A stretch of DNA of 63,595 nucleotides, filler included, from Licmophora abbreviata (taxonomy: Eukaryota), in the NCBI GenBank assembly GCA_900291995.1. It is 12 parts of 12 records of this genome, joined end to end, with 100 filler letters (N's around TTAATTAATTAA, not from the genome) between each part and the next. Parts side by side here need not be neighbours in the genome. Positions count along the whole stretch, not along the records: positions 44,473 to 60,718 come from OLMU01004202.1; positions 60,819 to 62,226 come from OLMU01004203.1; positions 62,327 to 63,595 come from OLMU01004206.1; 9 more parts are not named here. One strand, given 5' to 3'. The notes under the pieces are model-generated. The model was not told the origin of the DNA, did not search any database, and was given only the letters and a program-made list of their open reading frames with translations. This document shows positions 55,543 to 63,595 of this stretch, piece by piece. Every line of letters begins with the position of its first letter. Position 1 is the stretch's first letter. A program made the position numbers and the translations under genes.

Positions 55543-58380
55543 ATGATGACTCCATTCTTGCAGCTGCTGACGGTAACATTGCTTCTATGCAGAGCTTCAG
55601 CAGGAGGGATAAGGAGAACTAACGGGTTTGAGATGAACGTGACGTTCAGCGATGATGGATTGACCATTTCTTTGCCGCCTTTCTTGGTTCAGCTCTTCGA
55701 GACCGACGGAGATTTACCTGATGATACCAACAGTCACGTCGCTCAGGCTCTCGACACTTTTCTGCTGGCAGAGTTGAATGCTGTCTTTGCCCCTGACAGA
55801 GAAATCGAAATGATAAACACGACCGTCGTGTCTGATGCTTACGTCGAAATAAATGAAGATGACGGGCGCCGAGCTCTACTCCGGAGTGGCACCCTGACTT
55901 CTCAGGAGCGGATAGCATGGCGCATGTCACGTGGAGCAGCGGACACAGTGGTTGATGAGCAGAGCTTTCTGCGAGGACGCCGCAGTCTAGATACAATCGT
56001 CGGAAGCGAGTTGGAGATGCTCGTCAATGTCACTTTTGATCGCGTTCCTGCCCCAACTGGTGAAGATGTGAATGAAGCTTCTCGCCTTATCATGGCGGAC
56101 CTGGATTACTTTCTGGCAAATCTGACTGTTTTCAATGATGCGGAACTCGAGAATGTCAGACTTGCGTTTCGTCGCGAGATTAAAGCGCCGACACCCGCTC
56201 CGATAGCCCCACTACCAACTTCGGCTTTAACATCCTCCCCTACATCTGCACCGACAGTGGCACCGACATCTACACCCTCATCTACACCGACGCAATCCCC
56301 AACTTCTTCGCCGACACCCATGCCTTCCTCCGACCCTACTTCGATGCCAACATCTTCACCGACAGCTATGCCAACGCCCGCACCGACGCCCATACCCACA
56401 TTGGCACCAACGGCTACTCCTTCTGCAGCGCTAACTATTGCGCCTTCAGCCGTTCCCACACCCGTGCCATCTCCCGCTCCTGTCGAAATGCTAGCAACAA
56501 GCTCGCCGGCTCCAGATAATAGTGGAGGCACCCCGACTCTGCCGACCCTTGCTCCGATGGCTGAACCATCTGTTCCTACGTCTCCCACCTCATCCCCGAA
56601 CAAAAATGGAAACACACCGACTGATGATGGTGCACCATCTACACCATCCCTTGCTCCTAGTACCGGTAGCGATTCAACCAGCTCCCCGTCTCCCACGGAA
56701 TTGGGTGTTGGGCGAGTCGGCGAATCATCTGGCGCTGCAACGAGGTCGGGTGGATCCGACAACACGGTTCTCATTGTAGCTGTGACGGCAGGTGCAGCTC
56801 TGGTGGCGCTCATTGGCCTCTTTCTTGTACGTCGACAACGCCGATCGGATGACTCGGAAAAGAATTATGCAGATATACAGTCTGACCTGGAGAGCCTTGA
56901 TCGATCTATGCAGAGCCTCAGTATCAGCAAGGAAATTGATTTACTGGAGGAGGAGGACAATGCTGACAGCGTCTTTATGGGGCTAGAAAGCGAATCTCAG
57001 ATGGCAACAAGTCCACGTATTCGGGCAAACAAAACTGGGCTCAGTTTCTCGAGTGCCACAACACTAAAGGCAACAAATGCGGCGCCGAAGACTGGTGCAC
57101 CTACACCAATGTCCTTGCTGACGGTTGGGTCCAAATCGCTGTTTGCGTTTTCAGAAGAAGAGGACGAGGGCGAGGACGAGGAATATCCTGAAGCAATGAA
57201 CGCAGACACGAACGGGTCACAGCTCAATAGCATCCAGGAAAAAGTGGAAACAAGTCCATTGGACCTTGCGACACCACCCATGCTGCTCAGCAGTCAAGTC
57301 AGACCTCCGTCTACTAGTTCGAAGGATATGTCGGTTATTCAGCAGCGATCACTCTTTACAGGAAGTGACTCGATTGACGGAAAGAAGCCCACTCCTCTCA
57401 AGCGCAACTCGTCTGGGACAGCCGTGGCAGCGGCTGTTGCCGGTGCCACTGCTGCGGGTGCCGCCGTAGCTGGACTTATGTCGGGGCGTAGGAGACGAAA
57501 GAAGAAAGAACTGGATGAAGCCAGCAGGTCAGACGCTAGCGAAAGCTCCGATGGGGTCAACCCAGGTGACGGCATTGAGGCATATAGCCGCCGCCATACA
57601 GACTATCGTACGGCTGGGGATGGCACAGCGCTCTACCAAACAGCAGCAGCAGTGCAACCACTCGATTGGTCGTACCAGTCCATGACGGAAGCATCAGACA
57701 GCGAATCGACTCTGTCGGAGATCAGTAGTGCACCTAGGACTCCGAAGCAGATTGCGTGGACGGAAGAGCAAGAAGAAGAAAAAAGAAAGAAAATGGGTCT
57801 TAGTCCATTGACGTCCCCTCTGTCTCATGGAACCGCGAAATCTCGCTTCTCAAAAGACAACGATGCCATGCGTTCCCCACACACTGCGGGAATCACAGAA
57901 GGCTCGGTATCCGACAGTCGGCAACTAATAAATGACCTGGTGTGGCTCGAGAAGAAGATCGCGGATGTACGCAAGTCCACCGCTGTCGAGTCGTCGGCCA
58001 AGAACCTTCTTTCTTCCCCTCCAGGGGTTGATCAGACAGACTCATTGTCGTTCGCTTCCAAAGATGCGGCTATTTCTCCTACATCTAACGCGGAGTCCGC
58101 GACTAGTCCGTCGCAGAATGTGTTGGATAGCATTGTATGTCGCGACTGTGTCGCTCCGCCAGGAATGCTCAACATTGTGATTCATTCGACAAAGGATGGC
58201 CCAGCCGTCCATACCATCAAGGAGGGAAGCAGCCTGGAAGGACATCTATTTCCGGGCGATCTCATTATTGCTGTAGATGGTGTGGATACACGGACCTACT
58301 CGGCAGAACAAGTGATGAAAATGATGGCCAACAGGAGCGAGTCGGAGCGAAAGATTACTGTACTTCACTTTGACGAGTAG
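55543..58380 (+). CDS. Type I membrane protein: signal, SEA-like domain with RRAL/RRSL loop, P/S/T stalk, TM, long tail, C-terminal PDZ-like domain
   Basis: TM VLIVAVTAGAALVALIGLFLV; PDZ APPGMLNIVIHSTKDGPAVHTIKEGSSLEGHLFPGDLIIAVDG...RKITVL. Confidence 0.85.
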   Translation: MMTPFLQLLTVTLLLCRASAGGIRRTNGFEMNVTFSDDGLTISLPPFLVQLFETDGDLPDDTNSHVAQALDTFLLAELNAVFAPDREIEMINTTVVSDAYVEINEDDGRRALLRSGTLTSQERIAWRMSRGAADTVVDEQSFLRGRRSLDTIVGSELEMLVNVTFDRVPAPTGEDVNEASRLIMADLDYFLANLTVFNDAELENVRLAFRREIKAPTPAPIAPLPTSALTSSPTSAPTVAPTSTPSSTPTQSPTSSPTPMPSSDPTSMPTSSPTAMPTPAPTPIPTLAPTATPSAALTIAPSAVPTPVPSPAPVEMLATSSPAPDNSGGTPTLPTLAPMAEPSVPTSPTSSPNKNGNTPTDDGAPSTPSLAPSTGSDSTSSPSPTELGVGRVGESSGAATRSGGSDNTVLIVAVTAGAALVALIGLFLVRRQRRSDDSEKNYADIQSDLESLDRSMQSLSISKEIDLLEEEDNADSVFMGLESESQMATSPRIRANKTGLSFSSATTLKATNAAPKTGAPTPMSLLTVGSKSLFAFSEEEDEGEDEEYPEAMNADTNGSQLNSIQEKVETSPLDLATPPMLLSSQVRPPSTSSKDMSVIQQRSLFTGSDSIDGKKPTPLKRNSSGTAVAAAVAGATAAGAAVAGLMSGRRRRKKKELDEASRSDASESSDGVNPGDGIEAYSRRHTDYRTAGDGTALYQTAAAVQPLDWSYQSMTEASDSESTLSEISSAPRTPKQIAWTEEQEEEKRKKMGLSPLTSPLSHGTAKSRFSKDNDAMRSPHTAGITEGSVSDSRQLINDLVWLEKKIADVRKSTAVESSAKNLLSSPPGVDQTDSLSFASKDAAISPTSNAESATSPSQNVLDSIVCRDCVAPPGMLNIVIHSTKDGPAVHTIKEGSSLEGHLFPGDLIIAVDGVDTRTYSAEQVMKMMANRSESERKITVLHFDE

Positions 58381-58513
58381 AAGACACGTGATCAGTAGAC
58401 CTAGCTCAGCTGCATGTAACTTTATGGCTCGTAGAACCAATGGATCGTGTTTGCTCTCAGTAAATTGTATGTATGACATGCTTGTGCCTTTAAAGTCTGT
58501 TCTCTATTCATCG

Positions 58514-59449
58514 TCATGGTTCGACTCGTACATCGTGCGAGACAGGGGCGGACGTCTCGCGGGCGGGTGGTCTTGGACGATTGGGCATGTTACTTCTGGC
58601 TGACATGCCTCCATCAACCATCCAAGTCGTTCCCGTAATCCAGTCGTTCGTTATCAACGGTATCATTGCCTGCACCACCTCTTCTATCGATCCCACCTTT
58701 TGTACGGGCAAATGTCGTGTCCACATGTCCACGACGTCCGGATTGCTGAATGCTTCTGCTGTTCGCTCGACCGGAACGACCCCAGGCGCCACACCATTGA
58801 CACGAATCCTATCCGGAGCATACTCCAGTGCCAGCCCCCGAGTCAAACTGTCCAGAGCAGCCTTACTGGCCGAATAGGCCGTCATGAATTCGACACTGCG
58901 GTCACCATGAATCGAAGACACATTGATGATGACACCACCCTCACTACTTCTCTTCAACATGCGCCGCCGCGCGAGACGGGAGAGCTGCAGAGGTGCATGC
59001 AAGTTGACGGAAAGCGTTTCGTGCCAGGCGGAAAGATCGTCATCGTCGTCGTCGGAGGCCAACTTCGTGACAATGCCGGCGTTGTTGACAAGGACATCGA
59101 GACCTTCTGGCCAAATAGACGAGTCAATTTCCTGAAAGAGTCTTTCAATCGCCTTTGGACTGCGAAAGTCACACTGTATGATTCCATCGCAGATACCTCT
59201 TTCATGACGAATGGAGTCGCGTGTTGTCACAGCACCCTCGTGTCGGGTGTGATAGTGAACTAGCACGTGTGCTCCCTGTTGCGCGAGCTGTGTGGCGATG
59301 CCAGCCCCGATACCTCCGGATGAGCCTGTGACAAGACATCGCTTGCCCGCTAGATCAAATGCCAAGGCCTTGCGTGTACTCAGACTCCATATAAGTAGTA
59401 AGGAGAGTAACGACACCGGAGACGAGATGGAAGGCCGGAGGGTCGTCAT
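58514..59449 (-). CDS. Classical SDR (FabG/glucose-1-dehydrogenase-like) with an N-terminal signal peptide
   Basis: TGSSGGIG, LVNNAG, INVSSIHG, YSASK, RVNGVAPG, ITG....VDGG. Confidence 0.9.
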   Translation of the reverse strand: MTTLRPSISSPVSLLSLLLIWSLSTRKALAFDLAGKRCLVTGSSGGIGAGIATQLAQQGAHVLVHYHTRHEGAVTTRDSIRHERGICDGIIQCDFRSPKAIERLFQEIDSSIWPEGLDVLVNNAGIVTKLASDDDDDDLSAWHETLSVNLHAPLQLSRLARRRMLKRSSEGGVIINVSSIHGDRSVEFMTAYSASKAALDSLTRGLALEYAPDRIRVNGVAPGVVPVERTAEAFSNPDVVDMWTRHLPVQKVGSIEEVVQAMIPLITNDWITGTTWMVDGGMSARSNMPNRPRPPARETSAPVSHDVRVEP

Positions 59450-59628
59450 GGTCAAACCTCTTTTCGTTCAGAGTTTGAAAATATGGCCCGCTTTCGTACG
59501 TCAGTTTCGAGTCCCGCGGAGAACTCAGTCACGAACATGGAAACATGGATGACCATTTTCTGGTCACAAAACGAGAATAGACGGCGTTGTGTTCTTGCTG
59601 TCGTTGTTGTCGTTGTTGATACACAACC

Positions 59629-61017
59629 ATGGTGAGTCCCATGCGACGACGACCCAAGAAGGGAAAATCGCTGGGAAAGTCATTTGCTCGACGGCCGTGG
59701 TCGCGATGCTCTCATGTAGCATCGTGGCAGTAGAACGAGCCTTTGTTTTGCGTGTTGACGACGACGACGACATCCGCTCCATAACGACGAGTACTCGTAA
59801 TGGAAAGAGCGAAAACTTCCAAGTAGAGTCGCCTCATACAGTCCGACGCCAGATATCAGAACAGTCTTTCGCTGACATTGAAAGTACCCCTTGGAAACTT
59901 CACATGAGGAATGGTACTCTCATCCATGCGGAGGATGGACAGCCTAGGATTGCATTCATTACCTACTCGCACCTGTTGACCAAGGACCCCTTCGAGAAAC
60001 TCATCTTACCATCCCTCGATACCTGGCTTCCGAATGGGACCTACTTTGTAATATTAACGAGAGATTCTCAACATGCCTTTCAAGACTTCATTTGTTCCAA
60101 TTCATCCAAAAAGTTCTATCAAACCTCCTACTGCCCCCGCATTCAACCAATCTACACCGACTGCCCCGAAGCCAAGTTTGGTGAATCGCCCTGCTGCAAG
60201 CAAGAACAGGGTTTACTACACATCTACGAAAAGTATGTCAGCGAGTATGATTGGTTTGCCTACTTTGACGATGACATGTATATTCGTATGCCCTACCTCA
60301 ATGAGTGGTTACGCCCCTTGAATTCAGAATACCCCATGATTCTCACATCGGGCCGACAAGGGGCTAGTGTACCACTGGGGCAATCAGGATATGATCCCAA
60401 GAGATCACCCTATATCTGTTCACGCGACGAGCAATTCACATATCCCTGGGGGCAGCCCGTTATCTACTCCAAGGCAGCGTTACAACGAGTTTCTCATGGC
60501 TTTCAGTTACAAGGCCTGACCAAGCAATGCTTGGAATTCAATGTAACTCACGACGTTGGAAATGCCATCTTTCATTGGATGTATCAGTTGCCTGAAATTC
60601 GATTACGCGACTGGGATTTCAACAACATTCATGGCGCGCAGCGTCAAGCGCATGACATGGCCTTTCATGGCGTAGGCAAGTTTCCACGGACGAGCATGCA
60701 AGTTATGCATCGAAAGAGNNNNNNNNNNNNNNNNNNNNNNNNNNNNNNNNNNNNNNNNNNNNTTAATTAATTAANNNNNNNNNNNNNNNNNNNNNNNNNN
60801 NNNNNNNNNNNNNNNNNNGAGCATGCAAGTTATGCATCGAAAGAGTGAAGAGCTTGGGTATCCGGCGGCGCCGTATAACTACTCCTGGCAGCAAGTTCAT
60901 GGATTTCGCCAGACCAATATGTTTCGAAGGTATGGAGATCCAGCAACATGGGATTCCGAGTGGCATACCATGCTAACAAGCGACTGCAATCCAGAAAAGA
61001 AAGGCAGACACTTGTAG
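59629..61017 (+). CDS. Golgi-type glycosyltransferase, GT31/Fringe-like (spans overlap gap 60719-60818; possible frameshift near 59677)
   Basis: YDWFAYFDDDMY (DxD), CCKQ, IYSKAAL, HDVG. The 27-nt duplication across the gap joins ..MQVMHRK|SEELGY.. to the stop at 61017. ATG 59629 gives MVSPMRRRPKKGKSLG before the TM if one A is added. Confidence 0.7.
60719..60818. other. Artificial contig spacer (flanking contigs overlap by 27 nt)
   Basis: Same spacer; GAGCATGCAAGTTATGCATCGAAAGAG occurs on both sides. Confidence 0.97.
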
Positions 61018-61091
61018 AAGTAGACAAATGTAAAGCTCCAACAGTCGACTTGGTCTACTCAGGCTGACTATGATAGTCTACTTGCTTCTTC

Positions 61092-61856
61092 TCAAACTTT
61101 CTTTTCGAGAATGTAAACTCGAGCCGTATCTCCCAGAAAATAAGCAAGGATGCTTGTCATAAAGCCAGGCAAGGATTCTCCGAAATACAGAGGAAACGCC
61201 GACATCAGTTCAAAGTCAAACTTTCTATACAGCGCATGCGCCGAGAACTGAAGCGACGTGCATTCCACAAAGAGTTTGGTGCACTTTTCTTTTTGACATT
61301 GATCCACGAGTGTCTGAAGTAGTTTCGTACCGATGCCCTGTCCCTGAAACTTCTTTTCGACTGCAATGCGCCGCAGTTCCATAGTGTCCGAGTTTCTTTT
61401 CACGCCGGCAATCAGACCGACCACTGCATCGTTGCTGCGACGCTTAGCAGTCCACAAGAAACCAGTATCGTCCTTGGAGTAGACCTGTTCAATCTCTTTC
61501 AAATCTCCACGCACCAGAGTTTCACGCGAGTACGTCCTGCAATAGTTCCAAACGCTCATGTACAAGGCTAGAACAGGCGACAATCCGACGATGGCCGTCG
61601 TCAGAGGATGGACCTTGAAGAGTGCGCCCAGCACTGCGATTGTGACTCCCGAGAAGAACATAGTGAAAGATCCGCCATTGGAATTCCACAGGATCTGGTG
61701 GAAAGCAAAGCCCTGTAGCGAAGTGACGCTTTCTTTGAATTGCTCGCGAACTTGGTAGTCCGCGTAGTAGCTCGCTACATATGGTTCAATTGTAACTTCC
61801 CCAAGCAGCTCATCTGCTTCTGCTTCCGAGGATTTCGTAAAAACGCCGTCGGTCAT
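61092..61856 (-). CDS. Membrane-anchored GNAT acetyltransferase (NAT8/camello-like)
   Basis: Internal hydrophobic hairpin, DLKEIEQVY, ELRRIAV..FQGQGIG (motif A), A.ALYRKFDF. Confidence 0.82.
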   Translation of the reverse strand: MTDGVFTKSSEAEADELLGEVTIEPYVASYYADYQVREQFKESVTSLQGFAFHQILWNSNGGSFTMFFSGVTIAVLGALFKVHPLTTAIVGLSPVLALYMSVWNYCRTYSRETLVRGDLKEIEQVYSKDDTGFLWTAKRRSNDAVVGLIAGVKRNSDTMELRRIAVEKKFQGQGIGTKLLQTLVDQCQKEKCTKLFVECTSLQFSAHALYRKFDFELMSAFPLYFGESLPGFMTSILAYFLGDTARVYILEKKV

Positions 61857-62226
61857 ACTGCGGGCGGGTCTCTCTTGCAAGCGTGGTCTATGCTGCACAA
61901 CAAGCGGTAGGAAATGAAACTTCTGCGTGATGATGGTGGCTTCGTGTGGGGGGGGGGTAATTTTTGCATCTGCGCCACTACGATACTCTTTGTTGGGAAG
62001 AAGCAGAAAAGATACATACTACCAAGTATTCGTATCATATATACTCTCACGCAATATTTCCAACTCCGCCGGCGCGTTCCTACAAAAATATATTAATGAT
62101 GAATACTAGCCAAGGTTGTTTTCGGCAGAATTTGGAATCTTACGAAACGTTCCATTTTTACCTTTTACGCGTTTGGTATCATAGGTCAAGGGTGGGGGGA
62201 GTACGAGCTCTACCTCGTAATCTAAT

Positions 62227-62326
62227 NNNNNNNNNNNNNNNNNNNNNNNNNNNNNNNNNNNNNNNNNNNNTTAATTAATTAANNNNNNNNNNNNNNNNNN
62301 NNNNNNNNNNNNNNNNNNNNNNNNNN
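62227..62326. other. Artificial contig spacer
   Basis: Same 100-nt spacer. Confidence 0.97.
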
Positions 62327-63547
62327 TCTCAAGGAAATCGATACCGATCGGTTCGACGTAACTTGTGTGTCCCCGCGCAACCACTTTGTTTTCACCCCAA
62401 TGTTGGCGGGAGCAAGTGTGGGTACCGTAGAGTATCGCTCCATCACCGAACCTATTCGCGAGATCAATCGTCAAGCTCGGTTTTTGGAAGCGACTGCCAC
62501 GGATGTGGACCCCGAGACCCAGTTGGTGACCTGCCAGTCCGTCGTTTGCGACGGCAACTCGTGTGACATTTGTGAGTTTACGGTCGGATACGACCGACTC
62601 GTTATCACCGTCGGAGCTCAGACCAACACGTTTGGTATTCCTGGTGTACGAGACTACTGTTGCTTCCTCAAGCAGGTGGAAGACGCTCGCCGCATCCGTA
62701 CTGCCATTGTGAATTGCTTCGAGCGAGCCAACTTGCCCGGCTTGACCGACGAGGAACGAGAGCACGACTTGACGTTTGCGGTGATTGGGGCCGGCCCGAC
62801 TGGCGTCGAATTTGCGGCGGAGCTGCGTGACTTTGTGGAGCAAGATGCACCAAAATACTATCCTGATTTGGTGAAATACATCCGTATCAAAGTCATTGCA
62901 TCGTCGGGCACAGTTCTTGCTCCTTTTGACAAGTCGTTACAAGAAGCAGCGATTGCTCAAATGAATCGAGCCCCTCGCATCGTAGATCCCGATGTTCGCA
63001 AGTTGTTGCCACCCCGTTTTCAACTGACCGAGCTTTTGCTCACAAGTCGAGTCAAGGAGGTTACGGAAAAGACGGTTTTGCTGAAGGACGGAACTTCCAT
63101 CCCGTATGGTATGGCCGTGTGGGCGGCCGGCAATGGCCCTATCCCGCTAACACTCCATGTGGTGGAGGCTCTTGGTGACGTGCAAGCCAAAGAACAAGAT
63201 GTTGCTCGTGGTCGTATAGGTGTTGATCCATGGATGCGTGCAATCGGTGGCAAAGGCAATATTCTGGCCTACGGTGATTGTTCGTGTATCTGTCAAGGTG
63301 GTCAGCAGTTACCCGCGACGGCTCAAGTTGCATCTCAACAAGGTGAATACTTGGCGGGTGTTATGAACCGCAAGTTTGATTTAAGCCCCCCTTCGTCCCT
63401 TCTGGAAAAAGGTGTTCTACCGCCTCCTGTACTCGACCCGAGTCGATCAGATGCCGTGTTGTCCGACAGCATTGCAGGGATTTCGACCAAGAGCAGGGAA
63501 TACGCAAAACCCTTTCAGTTTTTGAACCTAGGCATCCTCGCTTATAC
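62327..63547 (+). CDS. Type II (alternative) NAD(P)H dehydrogenase, partial exon (5' part in gap; intron donor at 63548)
   Basis: VSPRNHFVFTPML, YDRLVITVGA, FGIPGV, VIGAGPTGVEFAAEL, VWAAG, GDC, LPATAQVASQQG, PFQFLNLGILAY then GTAAGT. Confidence 0.92.
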
Positions 63548-63595
63548 GTAAGTGTCTTTGATGCACGGTGTCCGCTACATTTCCAATGATTAAAT

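Noticed and set aside
56106..56813. Gly/Val-rich antisense ORFs (also 19171-19746, 31436-31927, 39280-39624)
   Set aside because: Reverse complements of P/S/T stalk codons.
7439..62326. Eleven identical TTAATTAATTAA palindromes flanked by Ns, superficially a repeat array or transposon target site
   Set aside because: Fixed 44+12+44 layout with stops in all six frames: an assembly spacer, not biology.
1..63595. tRNA, rRNA or transposon genes
   Set aside because: None recognised by eye (no RT, integrase or transposase motifs). Small ncRNAs cannot be excluded without a covariance-model search.

Overview
Eukaryotic, gene-dense, roughly 50% GC genomic scaffold, almost certainly from a diatom. 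Evidence: short 83-115 nt GT-AG introns, a bipartite 'A^FAP' plastid presequence, and silaffin-like Lys/Gly/Ser proteins. It consists of 12 contigs joined by 11 artificial 100-nt N44-TTAATTAATTAA-N44 spacers; several genes run across the spacers, so at least those joins are real synteny. About 30 genes are recognisable. Enzymes: SDRs, two paralogous MDR oxidoreductases, CDP-DAG synthase, sterol C5-desaturase, PEX4-like E2, two GNATs, two sulfotransferase-like proteins, a GT31-like glycosyltransferase, type II NADH dehydrogenase and a DOMON-copper monooxygenase. There is also a two-helix LHC-like (SEP) gene and a Cys-loop ligand-gated channel. The striking content is surface and cell-wall proteins: (i) a tandem array of type II membrane proteins with an unrecognised 12-Cys module (9.5-16.4 kb); (ii) five type I receptors sharing a SEA-like ectodomain, four with RxL loops and P/S/T stalks and two with their own cytosolic PDZ domain; (iii) a paralogous pair of Lys/Gly 'triblock' secreted proteins whose middle block is FAS1 in one and a Pro/His repeat in the other. 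These sit near Golgi-type modifying enzymes and form a candidate biosilica/adhesion locus (inference). Two recurrent intergenic DNA motifs were also seen. Several single-base frameshifts at short homopolymers are probably sequencing errors. All calls come from reading motifs by eye; no database searches were run.
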